The notes under the pieces: model-generated | What the model was told of the DNA's origin: nothing | What the model saw: the letters and a program-made list of their open reading frames with translations, nothing else | The model's database searches: none | Shown: piece after piece, positions 36,701 through 59,167 of the stretch | How the letters are laid out: every line of letters begins with the position of its first letter | How positions within the stretch are numbered: position 1 is the stretch's first letter | Made by a program: the position numbers and the translations under genes | DNA from: Yuukianura sp. NJ FZ-2021 | Taxonomy: Eukaryota | Direction of reading: 5' to 3' | DNA: 64,000 bases | Assembly (NCBI GenBank): GCA_046563655.1 | Contig: CM102285.1 | Span: 5,580,001 to 5,644,000, forward strand

Positions 36701-37214
36701 GGACGAGTGCTATGCGCCCAATTAACAATAGTCGTTAACTCTAGCAACCACTAACTGAACTTATGCAGGTAATAAAAATTTGAAGACCCGCAAAAAGAAT
36801 AACAAAATAACGTGAATAAACGAAAAATGGTTACCGCAAAGTTGAGCAAAAAACAAATATTCTAACCAGCAAAGCACTGACTCAAGTTCGGTTGCCGTCG
36901 TTTGGGCGTTGTAAACGTGCCTGAGGTTCCGACGTTCCGACTAGGTCTTGTATTGTACAACAACGAAAAATTACGAACAAAAAACCGAAAAAACTGACCC
37001 AAATGTTCCATCTTTACTTTTTCATAGTTTTTCATTTCATAAGAACTGTTGTATCTTTTTTTCTTGTACAGTAATGGAAGATCAAGTTGTCCTAAAGCTA
37101 TATGGATGAGATGGCCACTGTACGACCCTCCTGCGCTTAGATAACCCACTTAAAAATTCATCGTTTACTACAGCGGAATATCGACTCCCTAGTTTGCAGA
37201 CTAAGCGCCTACCT
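36701..37214. mobile_element. TTAA-flanked Kolobok-like element, diverged relative of 14315-14895
   Basis: Shared blocks ttaaggacg.gtg.tatgcg, caagttcggttgccgtcgt.tggg and ctacagcgg...ccctagttt.cag. Confidence 0.65.
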
Positions 37215-38372
37215 TTAAACAGAGAAAAATGGTATAAACCATTGATACCAAAACAGCAAATTTTGTGCGGCTTGAGAATTCTTTTTCGTGGATTTGAATA
37301 CAAATTTGTCTCGGCTACCGTTTTGAGAAAGCTAAGATCTCGTGCGATAACGTTAACAATCACTGGGCTCTCAAATCGTGTTCCATCCAAAAGCGGAACA
37401 CGGAGGTCATGCTGTATTATATATGGCTTCTCGGAATTCAAGTGCAAAATATTTCAAATGCGGATGGAATGTCAATGTGATGCCAACGTGTCTTAAAATA
37501 ACTTAATGCTTCTTTGCCCATTCTAATAGTCTACCACCATAAAATCTTCACCCACATCCTGCAAATAATAAAAATTTACTTTTTTTTTTGTTATTTTGTA
37601 TTATCGGGAATTCTTGTTTACTTAAAAATTAGTCTGCAACGTAAGATCATAAATTAGCTAGCAATAATTCATTTCAAGTTGAACTCCTCTTAAAGAGTAA
37701 TGAGTGTTATAACTATTTTAAGAAGATACTGAAGGCGCCATGGACCATGGTTGCCAGTAAACTTAATCCATTTTATACTATCGCTAATTTTAAGAAAACG
37801 ATATCGTGCATCGTACAATTTTGCAACATGAAATAAATTTTTGGAGTATTTTGCATACCTATGCTCCTTCTGTGGGCATATGCATATTCGTGTGCATCTT
37901 ATCAAAATGTGCATATTGTGTGAACATTTTTATAGGAACATTTGCGCATATTTTCTGCGTATATGCACATTTTGCACGAATGGATTCTAGAAAATTTAAT
38001 TGATTTAAAGCTGACATGCATGGTGATTTTTTTTATTGAAACGTCTCATCTCGATTTAAATGTGTTGATTCAACGAGCTTTAAATCTAAAATCAGTATCT
38101 TCGTATGCTTGAGCCGATTGTAATGCCCGTGGTAGGTTAGTGTTTCGTGATATTCTTCATAAGTTGGGTATCACTACTTTTAGTAAGTTTTTCTTGTCAC
38201 TAGTTAGTTTTTTTAAATACTGTGCAAGGTGCAAACCCGAGTTGGAGCACTTTCTGCGTCGAGTGTTGTAATCGGAGTGCGGTTGTTTTCGTTTTTCAAT
38301 GTAAGAACGGACAGCAGCTAATTTCTTTTTTCTGAACATTACAACTATCTGTGATATATCGTGCTGACAACA

Positions 38373-38790
38373 CATCAACCCAAAAGACATCAACAATACA
38401 AACACATCAGCAATGGAAAGACATCAAAACAAAGCACATCAACAGAACAGAAATAAGGAGTTTTTTGAATTTCATTAATATAACTTAATTAATACGCCAA
38501 ACTTAAACAACAGAACCTACAGACGTAATCCTGATGGCCTACTTTTCCAAACCTAACGCCGCGCCTTAGGCGCGGTACCGCATGGTCAGCTAGCCACGTC
38601 ATCAGCATTGCTAACTGTGATAATATAGCCTGACTTACTTTAGCCTGACTTACTTTTTTTCAAAATTTAAAAAAAGATTTCGTCAAATTTCATAACCAGG
38701 TATAAAAAATAAAATTTCTGTTGATGTCTTTTGTTTTGATATCTTTCCGTTGCTGATGTGTTTGTATTGTTGATGTCTTTTCAGTTGATG
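38373..38790. repeat. Inverted repeat built from ~15-bp acatcaac subrepeats, probable MITE
   Basis: The arm at ~38373-38447 is the reverse complement of ~38716-38790. Confidence 0.55.
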
Positions 38791-39494
38791 CCTTTTTTTT
38801 ATGTATTGGCGTGCTTCAATTTTATATAAGGTATGCATCATATAGGGTCAGGGTGAATACTCTAGTTCCAATGAGTGTATCAGCCCGGCACAGTCAGACA
38901 CAGCATTAGAGTCCATTGCTAAAAGCGATACAAAAAATATTTAAGATTCATTCTATATGAAAGAAAAATAAATGTAAACAAGCACTTCAATTTACATTTA
39001 TAGTCCGAAGTAAGAGCTGTACTCCACTTTATTAGCAACAATTAGGTATAGCAATTAAGTTTTGCAATGCTATCTACAATGAACTGGACTTAACACAAGT
39101 TAAGAAATATTCATAAGTTATAGCAGGAAAAGCGTTTTGGCAGAAACACCTGCGTTTCCCGCGCTTTCTCAAATTCTTCGCTTTTTGGCGTCAAAAAGTT
39201 TCCCCTCTTTTCTCAGGGAAAGAAAATAGGGAGTTAGTAAAGTAATATTTCTTTATGGAAAACTAGCGCATGTAGATGCGAAGGTTTTATTACTGTTTCG
39301 TTATTTGATCAGACGAATAGGTTCGAATTGGATTCGCATGATAATTTTCTTTCTGCGATTATGACCAGGAATTGAAGACAACCCGGAAGTCCAATAAACC
39401 TAGTTGGATTTACTACAATACAAGTGCAGTAGAAAGTTCTTTGGTGTTAGTACACCATTACACTTCTTCTTTCGCACAAGTCCAATTGGCTACG

Positions 39495-41751
39495 ATGTAT
39501 TTTTTTACCTTGCTACAAATTCTCATCGCCATGAAAACTACATTTGGAATAGACCGGACGCGTTTCTTTGAGGGTACCACCGACACAGTTTTGACAAAGG
39601 ATGAGGCGTACGTAGACGCTCAACTGCCAAACTTTACGTTTTTCGGAAATACGTTCAACAGCATCTATATTGGAGATAATGGGATTCTTTCTTTCCGTGA
39701 AGGTAATTCTGATAACCTTTGCTTCGTCTTACCGTATCCAGTAAATGCTGACACTCCTTTTCCTTCCACAGGAATTGATTACTTCATTTTTAATTGCTAC
39801 GATATCCGTGGAAGCGTGGACGATTCAATGTTTATTGCTCCATTTTGGTCTGAAATAAACCCAGAAATGGGTGGGCTAGTTTCCTACTCCGTCAATTCTG
39901 GTTTGAAGAATCTTGAAAAAGCCAAGGCACAAGTGGAAGCGGCGTTTCCGAGCACTACACCATACAACATGCGTTGGGTATTTTTGGCAACATGGCTTGA
40001 CGTACACCCCAGGGGATATAGTAGAAGTAACACACACTGCAGCAATACCTTTCAGGCTATCCTAACTAGCGACGACACGGGCTCTTATGTCATCTTTTAC
40101 TACGGTACCGAGAATTTAAATAACGGAAGTTACATATAGATTTATTGGAGTCAATATATCAATTTCGTTCAAATCTTATACAATCTGTCATATCCCCACA
40201 TTAGCGCTGAATGCCTTGAGTAAGATTTGGTATTCACAGTGTAAAGTTTTTACCAATTCAAACTTTATTAGGAATGTGACGTCGAACGTTGCTCATTAGC
40301 GGCTTAGATAATGTTAGCGTTACGAATCGGAATTTTAGGCATAAAACTACAAAGGAGTCAATAGAATTGTGTAGCCGTTACTCCACAACGTTTTTGAGGT
40401 CAAATTTTGCCAATTCAAAATTTATCCCGAATGAGGCGTGGGCTCAACCGTATTTACCGTATGGTTGATAATGTTTATCAGGTTTTATTAACAAAAACTT
40501 GGCCGACATCTCGTTGATTAGACTACTACAGAAATATAGAGGCAACTTGAATCTTGGTTTTCTAGAAACGCTCAACTGGATTTCTGGTACCGACTTCGAT
40601 GGAAACTGCAGCAAACCGGCTCTTGGCTCAGCAACTTCGGGCTTCTATGCTGGACACGAAATTCACCGAGGTGAAATTCAACTTACTAGTCCTGCCTCGT
40701 GCACCAATCGTGCTCGAGAATTGGCTACAACAAGCAACGTCGGCGAAAACGGGGTTTGGGTGTATAAGGTTGATAAAGGTTTAGAAGTGCCGAATCAGCT
40801 GACTATTCGCAAACGTCGAAATCTCAAAGCGCAAAACGCAAAATACTTGCTCTCAACTGCCGCGGAATTCATTGGTCAATATGCATCAAGGTGTCCAAGC
40901 GATGGTAACACAGACAATACTCGACCCGTTGGCACATGCCCCAAGCCTAGTACGCCTTGTCGCAGCATTGTTGTCAATATCATCAGGCTTATTCTGAAAT
41001 TCATTGGAGACTTCTCACGGTTTTGTTGGAAAAAGAGAATCCGACACCAACTACACCTAAACCCACCATTACTGCGCCTCCAACCTCTCCGAGCTCAAAC
41101 ACCCAGGAACCCGAAACAACTGCGCCCCCAACCTCTGCCGAAGATCCTACCTTAACCACGAAGTCGCCACAAACCATTCCAGAGATATGTCATAAAATTA
41201 TGGATCTCGGAATTTTGCTAGATTCGTCTGCTAGCATCCGCCCTCCCCCTTATGAGATAGCAAAGGCATTTGTTGACAGATTGGCGTCAGCCTTTGTTCC
41301 ACAAAGCAGATTGATGTTTATTTACTACAGCTATGGCGCCACGTTAAGTATTGAACTCGATAACACTTTAACGCCTGAAGAAATTTCTGACGTCATCCGA
41401 GCAGCACCTTATGAAGAACGGAACACCGAAACTGGCAAAGCAATGACCATTGCAATAAAGGAAATGCAAGCGAAAAGACGACCTGATACTCCACAAAGCA
41501 TGGTGATTTTAACCGATGGCGTGCCCAGCACTCCATTGTTCGATATACCACAACAAGCGCAAGACGCGGGAATTAATGTGTTTGCTGTGGGAGTAGGCAA
41601 ACTCATCAATATGGAGAACCTCTTAGAGATGGCAATGCGGCCAGACCGGGTAACTTTCGTTGAGTATTATGAGTATTTGGAGTTCAGACTAAAAGAGGTC
41701 AGCAAAATAATATGTAATCGAACTGAACTGATGGAGCCTATGATTTCCTGA
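39495..41751 (+). CDS. Secreted NIDO-domain + Pro/Thr linker + VWA-domain protein (multi-exon; middle exon boundaries uncertain)
   Basis: Signal-like MYFFTLLQILIA; NIDO motifs NGILSF, FIAPFWS, ATW, NTFQAILTSD, TSNVGENGVWVYKVD; VWA MIDAS motif DSSAS and ILTDG. Intron 40105-40565. Confidence 0.8.
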
Positions 41752-44705
41752 GACCCAGAAATTATGTTACCGAAAACAGTCGAAACTTTAAGAACATGTC
41801 GTCTGTAGATTTTCCAATAATAATGAAATACTGGTATCGTTCAACTTACCAATTAAAGTTTGAAATTTTCGTTACAAAAATCAAGAGGTCTTTGAAACAA
41901 CCTAATTATAGGAGGATTTCAGCTACTATTAATAGTTTGAAAATATTTAAAGAATACTTAATAACTTTTCATTTGGAATTTTTTTTCGTTACTTTCTGTC
42001 TATAATGTTTGGGCAAAGTTTTCAAACACCTCTTGACCTCGATTACGGTTTCGTAAACACCCAATTCGTAAACAGAAGCCATAGGAAGTTCCACTAAAAT
42101 TTTCTTGGTAAGCATGGTGTAACTTTAGCGTGTACCCTTTAAGCTGGTCCGTCGGTCACTGTATAATGTCAATTATTTTGAAATATTTGAAATGGAGGGG
42201 GGTTCCTTTTTCAAGATTTTTAAAAATTCAGTCATTGAATAATCTATATCTATTGTAGGAATATAATTCGGTTGTCAAGGACCTTGACTAAATCTTAAAA
42301 AGGGAAAGACTGCGATTTAGAGGTTTGACTGACGAGTTCAACGAAGGTTTTTTGACAACCATTTAGTATTCTTTAACAGGTTGCGCAACACCTTGCTTGT
42401 TTACCAAAAAAATGAGAATAGGAAAAGAAACTTGAGTACCAAAAGTTCTAACTTCAAAAAATTAGAGTTTTAGGTACTAATTCGTATCTAACATTTTAAA
42501 TATTCGTTTATAATATTTTGATTACAGTAACCTGGAAAATAAATTTACTTTTTCGTAAAATCGAAAAAAAAACATGACTTTATTACGTAACCTATTAAAG
42601 AAAGTTCTAAACAAACCTTAGGGTTCAAGTTAGTAATTGATTTGATTATATTTTAGAGAATGAACACCTTTCTTGAAATTCTGACTCTCACGTTTTCATA
42701 CTCACGGGGGGAGGCATTCTATACATTGATTGGCGCGAAATTCTTTCAAAGTAGAGGGTTTATATCATTGGATAGGTTAGAGATTAAATGTTTTAACATG
42801 CGTGTGAAGTGGAGCTGCCAAAACCAAGCGCACAGAGACGGAAGAGAAGGAAATTAAAAAATCTATTACTATTTGTGTGATTGTGAGAGAATCACAATTC
42901 ACAAATCTGGGGTTTTATTTTTTTGTGATATAATTTCTATTCCGTCGTTTCAATTTCGTTTGTTTTTCATACACGAGCACATCACCTTCAAATAAACCAT
43001 TCACGGGTGAAAACTTAAAACAAATTGAAGTGACTTATCCCTTAGGCATATAACTCCAGCGTTCTCCAATTGAAATTGGGAAGGATTAGTTCACGCACAG
43101 TTTAGACTGAACTCCAACGGCGGGTCTTCTAATTCAAACGAGAGTTTCTATTCTTCAATTTGGGAAAAGTTAAGCGGAAATCCTTTTCAATTGCAATTCG
43201 AAGCTCCACCAACTTCAAAGTAAACTGTGACGCTGTACGGTTTTTTTATGCAGACCTTCCGATGACTCTTTCATTTGGAAAATCAAATTAATTCCATATT
43301 GTGTCCAATGATTAGTTCTCGATTTTAATTTCGGAATCCCCGGGCATTTGAATTGTTTAGGAAGACAAACAAAATACAATCCATTGATAAATTTCTTTTG
43401 TTGAAATTGTTTTCCTGGCTTTGATTTGAACCTTGTCAAGTATGAAAGAATAAAACTCACCATTTTATTACAACATCAATGCCTTATTTTATGTATTTTC
43501 TATTTAGTTTTTGCTGAATTTTTATTATTGTAATTTCTCAAAAATGTCATAACTCATAAATCTGCCGAATAAGTTCGATGATACTCTACTCAAAGTTCCT
43601 TGAGACGGTTTTGTTTTCCATAACGATAACGTGTTAGCTTAAGACTTACTAACATTTCATTCAAGAAACGTATGAACACGAAACACTGCGGTGAAAACCA
43701 GTATACCGAGCCATGTTTGAATTGCAGCAATTTTGAAACAAGGTTTCGAAATTTTTGGTAACATAAAGCGAACTTGGCTCATGAACTTTCATGAATTAAC
43801 AACGGAAGAAGAAACGCTATTGCTATGTCTGGTTACATTGAACTTAAATCTAAATAGTAAAACCTGGAGTGTATACAAATTCCGTCTACTTTCAGTTGTT
43901 TTGAACATTACTCAACCAAGGGCCTCAACTATCATCCTGTAAATTGTAAAAAAAGTAGATAAAGTAAACATCAGCACTTGCATTCTATTGGAGATGAGTA
44001 GCCAGAATGATACTTAGCTTGAGAAGTTCATACTCAAGAAATTTTGAAATAAAATTGTACCGAATTGTTTAAATTGGAGAGTAGACAAAGAGAAAAGATG
44101 CAGGAAGAAAATCCATTATTCGTTGAATTCTGAAGCTACTGTAATTCAATCTCAGATGCAAACAAAGGTCGTGGGGGGCCAGTAATACAACATGCGTGGA
44201 ACCCATTTATTGTTGACAAGGAGGTCAAATGAAGTTGAGGACCAGCGAAGTGTATTTATAGTCGTTATATTGTTGCTACAATGTAAACGATGACTAAAGG
44301 CTTTTACGACGTCCTTTTCTACATTTCCTTTGAAGTGTCGAGATACATAAATTCGTTCGAGCAGTTCAAAAGTACAAAGCACAACACCTAAAAGGTAAGT
44401 TTAACAACGCAATTAAATGAGAAATTGATCATGTTAGTTAAAAGTCAAAATGCTGTGGAGATTGTTGGTTCACCAAACTGCTCTGTTATTCACAGCAGTA
44501 GAAATCTCAAAAATTTTAACTTTCACAAAAATTTTGACTTCTACCCCAGGAGGTGATCCATTTATGTCTTGGTTGTACTCACTGAAGGCGTTTTTAATAC
44601 ATCGTTTGACACCTGTATGCATAGAATGGCGGAATCTGAAGTTGGGAAATAATGCTGACGGTGAAAGACTACTATTGAAATACAAATTCGCTCACATGTA
44701 ATGAA

Positions 44706-44902
44706 CAGACCTGCCAAAAATATTTAGTTCCTATGCCTGTAATGTAAATAAAATCAATATCTCGGGTCCTTTTGTTACTAAATATATATTTATTTACCCA
44801 TGCCCGTAATGGTAAGTTTGTAAATATCTCGAGCTTTTTCAGTAAATATTGTACTTATTTAAATATTTCGTTGGTTTTTAGTAAATATTTTTGGCAGGTC
44901 TG
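44706..44902. mobile_element. hAT-type MITE
   Basis: TIR cagacctgccaaaaatattta; 8-bp flanks gtaatgaa / gtaatcaa. Confidence 0.8.
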
Positions 44903-47413
44903 GTAATCAACAATGATTCATACCTTGAAGTAAAAAAACAATTTAAGCAGTAGTCCTATATATGTTCTTGTGTTTGGCTTCCGCGTTGTGTCTTGTGTGG
45001 ATTAAGCTATAAAAGAATGGAGAATGATGACGATTTTGTTTCTCCTAAAATAGTAGGATGACCGCGGCGGTGATCTTTAGGACAGACATCATCGTTGGAC
45101 GTTTGTAGTTGAAATGAGTAGAATCAAGTCGCTTTCATGCCTAGATTAAGGGACGTCACAAATGAAATAAAGTCATTACAATAGAGACTATAGAGGTGTC
45201 AGAATCAGGAGAGTGCTTAAGAGTTTTGATCCACTGTGACCGAATTTTAATCTTTCCACTCTTCGTGAGTTTTAAACAATACTGAATTTCCACATTTCGT
45301 TCAAACTGTGTAATTTTCTCTAAATGTGGATTGTCCTCTCAAACGCGTTTATTTCATAATTATTTTTTATTTTTTCTTTACACGGTTTCCTCAAAAATGT
45401 AGTATCTCAATAACCCTGTTTTTTTTTAAAGAAATTCACATTTAAAGATTTTTCAACGGCGACCTCTCATATGGCGGTTATAATGCGGAAACTCAAAATG
45501 GATTTGTCAATTTCGGGCAGTTGGAGTTTGAAAACTTTCAATTTTGTACGTTTTGTACTTTCGGTTTTTAACTCAAGAATGGAAAAATATATATGGCAAT
45601 AAAAATTGAAGAAATTTAAAATTTAGAAAGATAATTTTAGTTTATGATCGGTCAATTGAACTCATTAATAAAAATTATTAATCAACTGCTAAACTTTTTT
45701 TATTAAAGTTTTACTGTCAAATTCTACAAGTAAAAAAACCAAATACCAGTTAAGTTTATTTCTTTTAATTCTAACAATAAAACCGTTTTAGGCGTGTAAC
45801 ACAATAAGTAAAACGTTGTAGTAATTGCCATGTAACAGAGTTATAATGGGTAATTGTGTGAAGAAATGCAACAATAGTCCAAGCCATTGAAGCTGTAAGG
45901 GCAATATGTAATCATTGTTGGACAAACAAAGAGAACAAAACGGAAGGACTTGGCGTGGTTATCCATAGTCCATGAGAAACGGATTTGTAACCCTAGATGA
46001 GCTTTTCAAAACTTGAAGTATAATAATAAAAATGGTTTCGAAATAATTTCTTTTCTAAAGTAGTTAAGAACCGTTGTCTCTGAACAGTCTCCTGAAGCAG
46101 TGAGGGTGGTATTGAAAATAAATAGTAGCAATTGCGTCCAAGTGCTTTCCATTACCATTCTTTCCCTCGTATGCAAACGCAAACTCCTCCACAAGTACCT
46201 AGGCAGAAGTTCTTCATTTCAAATTCCCTAAACTGCAATTGTACCTCGATGAGTACCTCAACTAGGGTGCGTGATTAATTGATTAGATTTTTTGATCATC
46301 CAATATGCTACCATACAGATAGATGAAGCAGTTTGGAGGGAAGATGATAAATGAAAATGAACCCATAGAATTTAAATTAAACGCTTTCATTACTCCGGCC
46401 ACAAGATCAAAAGTAGGGGAGAAAGTTTCCTTTTGTTTAACCCTGCACGGCCTCTCATCCCCAATCCTTTTCATTTCCTCGGGTGGTTATGGGGACTGGT
46501 TCAACGTAACAAATTCACCCCTTGATCCATCCATTCTCTTTTATTCTTTCACGCTTTCCAATACATAGATACTGTCTGCAGCAGAAATCATTTAAAACTT
46601 CCATAGAATTCATTACATCAAAAACAAATGCCGAGAAACAGACAGATTCTCCAGCACCAGATGATACACACTAGGAAACGTTTTAATTATTAGTCCCGTT
46701 TGATTTCTGCAAAGTTTTGGGTTGTGATTTTGATTATTCGTTTTTATTCACCTAACAAAAGCAGTGATCGAGCAAACAAAATCACCGAAAGTCGCAAATT
46801 TTGCCTAAGAACGTATGACGAAACTACATAACATATTTGGCTACTTTTTCGGTATGTAATTATTTCCAGTTCCGTTTCCAATGCCTTTCCATATTAATTT
46901 ACTATCTCTTCAGTTTTACTTTACAATTCCTGCGACTATGGATAACGTGGAAGTACTACAAGAGAAAATGAAATGAAAACGGGTTTCTGTATAGCAAGAT
47001 TTTCTGTTATTTACAATAGTGTACTGGATCCAATAAACGTTGGACCACTAGCGAAACCTTACTCATAATTAAATCAAATCTCAGAATTTTTCAAGAAACA
47101 CTGGCAAATTCGTCCTCTGTTACTACAAATATGGAAGCATTGAAAAAGATTAAATAAATTTTTGAAACTTGAACAATTAAAAAATTGAATTACACAAGTC
47201 AATTTAAATTTAAAATTTAAATACGATAATGCTTCATGAAAAAATTAAACATTGGATGTAAAAAAGAACATAACGCCTTCACAATAACTGCGGGTTTACC
47301 TTGTTATTTAAAACCATATAGTCACATTTACACTAACGCCTGCTTTTTTACTACAGCGCCAACTTCAGGATCTAAGCAACAGCTATAACAGTCTTAAAAT
47401 AATGGTGCTTGAT

Positions 47414-55140
<7,727 letters not shown>

Positions 55141-57849
55141 TGTTGCTCAGATGCTCCCGAAGTTAGTCACGAGCACGAGTGTTGAATAAGGTAGACTTAG
55201 CACCCCTTTGCATGTGCTTGTGAGCTCAGGGAAAGCAACACTGACTGCCTCCCGAAAGATGAAAGAGTTTATCTTTACATCGGAATCGGATCTCACTGGA
55301 TGCGTCCTAGTCAAGGCAACTTTTGTAGCCTCCCATTGGACACACAAGAACCATAAGGATCCGAAACAACCGCCTTTCCAACACTTCCTAGCCAATCAAC
55401 ACTGGCCCAACTAAATACCACAATGTAATATTTCGAAGGCCTGTGTGCTGGCTGATGCGCTTCTTTTTTTTCTCAACGTTACAAAATGTATTACTGAACT
55501 GATAGTCTACAGTTTGATGGGTTTTGGTCATATTTTTCCTAAAATTATTTTCTCTTAAAAATTTATTTGAATTGTGACTTCTTTCATCAACGTAAATAGG
55601 GCTTATAAAGTATGAAACTTCGTCAGCTCGTTTTTCTTTCCGTATCAACCAGAAACTTTGTTCACAATTGTTTAACTCGCCAAACACACTTTCACTTATG
55701 ACATTTTTTGTCAAATATTGCCTTTAAGAATTAACAAGAATCTTGGCTGGCCTTTGGCCAGCCAAAGATTCTTGACTGTTGCGTACGTACCAGTTTGACG
55801 GATTAATTTTAAAACAAAAACGATATCCCAATCGTTAAATTAACAAAAAGATCGACCAACCAAATTGGGTACAATTAGTTAGTATTTAGTTTACTTTAAC
55901 CCTTGTGTTGTATATTAAAAGGAGTAAAATTGTCATGTGCACAGAGGGTAGATAGAAATCGGAGGAATCCGAGATCCGACCTTTAGCCAGACCTTGAGAA
56001 AGAGGACAGGAACACACGCAGACGGGTCTCTCCTTATAAAAGAGATTATATTAAATTAATTAATTTAATTAAACGGAACCGAGTGTAAAATATATGTCGA
56101 GGTAATTTATGTCTGCACTAATGTCTAATATGTGTTTTCATTCACTTGTACATCAGTTAGGTTGGAGTAAATTGACGAACTTTTTAACATTGACCAATTT
56201 GGGTAATGGTGTGCTAAATATTTTGACTGATATAATTATCGGTTTGATGTTTATATCCTGTTGTAATTGTCACTAATGAAAATGCTCTTGATGTAATTAT
56301 ATTAACTGATGCAGGATGGATCAGGGAAAGTCTGGCAAATGCGACACTGATGAGCAACCATCGACCATCGCTGGTCCCCGAGGCGATTTGTATGCAAAGA
56401 AATAAACCCGTTATCGTTTCTTAGGATTTGGGATATACTGATGTGACTGACCAATTACCAAACTATGACTGACCACAACACGGACAATCACGCATGCGCG
56501 GATTTACATAATTACGCTTTTCCTATCCGAACTCTGACGAAATGGCACTAACGTCATCATTCGAATCTTAACTAAAATGTCTCTAAAGTTTTATTTTTAT
56601 ATGAGCCTAGATGTAGCTAGAAATACATTAAACTATTACAACAATTAATAGTAATTTCGAACGCTCAGGTGAGTATCAGCGGTATTTTAGTGAAGTACTA
56701 GTAAATGAATAGATTCATTTACTTCTTATAACAAGTATAGTGAAGTATAAGTCACATTAGACAAAGTATATAAAGCTAGTATTTAGTATATAATAGTATA
56801 CAAAGTATATAAATTTTGACTTATTTTTTATGCGGAAAGTCTTTCACCGATGCTTTAAAAAAACTTATAAAGCAATTTATTACTACGTTGTTAATTCCAT
56901 GGTGTTTTTGCCATACTTGGTTATTTTCTGACTTATTTGCTGCCTGCTCCGCGACGTTTCAACCAATATATCTTGGTCTATTTTCTATTGTTCTATTTTA
57001 ATAACGTCGCAGGGGGGGGGGGGAGGCAGGACTATTGCAATAATAGAATTGAACGACAGCCTTTGAAATGCGAAATCCTATTGCCGCTGAAGTAATGAGT
57101 ATCAAAATGTAAAATAAATGACATAACCCAAATCCACCATTATTCTCTGGATTCCTTCCTGCCTACTCCTATTTCACTTTGTTGCCATAGACAACAAAAG
57201 AGCTTCTGAATGGGCCTTACTTACAGACTAAAAAAATGAATACAGAGTTTAGAACAAGTAAAATTGTTTGCCCTAGTACCTCCCAGCGGGATAGCAGCTC
57301 ATATCTGTTCTGTGCCCCTTGCTGTTCAATCTACTTTCGGATTCAAATACCAGTTGTTAAGCTGATTAAAACAAAATTTCGAACATCAGCAAAAATTAAC
57401 ATTGACTGATAGTTTTACGTCCCCAAAATCGCGTTATCAGGAAAAATTGTTGCTGATCAACAAGGATCGGATAAGTACGCTCCAAAAAAGGCGTTTTAAG
57501 CGCTTAAAAAGTTCTTAAAAATTGGTCAAAAAAGTTCTAAAACATGTACGAAAAGTCCCAAAAATTAAGAAATATCACTAATTTATTGCCCCCTTAAGTA
57601 ACGTGACAAGCTCAAAATTCAAAACCTTCAAAGTCTTCCACGGCAAAACGCTGTCGACGGTTACCTCATATTCTTTTTCTAATTATTTTTTCTGAAGCTG
57701 GACTAGTGTTTTCTCGTGATTTTTCCAGCCGAATTCCATCAAATTTGTCTGATTTTTTGAAAACTTTTGCTATTTGTGATGAAAAAATTGAGATTTTTTG
57801 ACATATTTAAGGAAAAAAGTCCTAAAAAAAGTCGAAAAAGTTTTTAAAA

Positions 57850-58070
57850 AGTCTTGAGAACATTCATTGATCAGCAGGGATCGGATAAGTACGTAAAAAC
57901 TTTTTCAGCACCCTTAGCACATTGCGGACTTGTAAATACTTAAAAAGTTTTAAAAACTTTTTCGACCATAAAAACTTTTTTAAGTATTTAAAAGTCCGCA
58001 AAGTGTTAAGTGCTAAAAAAAAGTTTTTATGTTATCCGATCCCTGCTGATCAATGAATGTTCGCAAGACT
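57850..58070. repeat. ~220-bp imperfect palindrome (foldback/MITE)
   Basis: gtcttgagaacattcattgatcagcagggatcggata ... tatccgatccctgctgatcaatgaatgttcgcaagac. Confidence 0.7.
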
Positions 58071-58253
58071 GCAACAAAAAGTTAAGGTTTGATTATCACT
58101 TCCATGCACTGCGCTACTTCTTGTAATTTTTCCTAATGTAAAGCATTCTCTACAGACATTGTCATCTCTCCTTTCGAATTTTGGAGTATAACATCACGAA
58201 TTTATAATTCAGGAATTTATAATCTGGTGCCTTACCGTACTTTTTTAGACAAC

Positions 58254-58457
58254 CAGACTTGCCAAAAATATTTACTAAAAACCAGCGAAATACATATTTA
58301 AATAAATACAATATTTACTGAAAAAGCTCGAGATATTTACGAGCTTAACATTACGGGCATGGGTAAATAAATATATATTTATGTAGTAACAAAAGGACCC
58401 GAGATATTGATTTTATTTACATTACTGGCATAGGAACTAACTAGTTTTGGCAGGTCT
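58254..58457. mobile_element. hAT-type MITE, inverted copy of 44706-44902
   Basis: Same internal sequence in reverse orientation; TSD not evident. Confidence 0.75.
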
Positions 58458-59167
58458 ACAAATTACGGGAAAATCAAATGCTCATTTTCTGGTAGTATGT
58501 TTACAGGTCACAAAATTGTTCAAAATCTGAAAAATAGTAAAGTTAGAGAAGACTCATAGAATAAAGTGTATTAGGCACGCCATACGAGACCTTGGTGTTA
58601 ATATTCCGCGTTTTTTATTGACTTGCAAGGACTACTTGAAATTTGCATCACAAATTTCAAAATCTGACAAACAATTTGAGAAGTGATCTAAATATTAGTA
58701 GGTCAATATTAAATCCAAAAATATAGACTGAACAAAAGTTAAACTTGAAGTTTTTTAGTTCCTAAACTTTCTTAATCAAAATTTTGTTAATTTCTCGTTG
58801 AACTTTTCAGATACAAGCTTCCACTGCAAGTACGGCAATAACTACCAAATGGGAATTAAATTCGAAAATGAAATTTAACTACATGCGCCTGCGCAACTGA
58901 CATTGAGGTTGTATTTGGCCTTGTTCAACTTTAATGTTCCCTTGGAGTTTCCAAAGAGCTTTAGCTTTAGCTTCAAAAACTGCATGCGTCGCATCACAAT
59001 GACAAAGGACCTTAAAAGTTCCCATCAGTTCTGACAGTATATAATTAAGTTTTCTAAAATTCCAATTTCCAGTGTATTTCTTGCTTTCGGCACGCAAAAG
59101 TTGCGTTTAAAGGTTGCAATAAGTGAACTTTCAAATCAAAAATTAGAAAACTACAAAAACTTCCAAA

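Noticed and set aside
38555..38593. Helitron 3' end (ccgcgcc-tta-ggcgcgg ... CTAG)
   Set aside because: It is not followed by T and no 5' end could be identified.
41796..47300. Short intergenic ORFs
   Set aside because: AT-rich, with no motifs or coherent splice structure.
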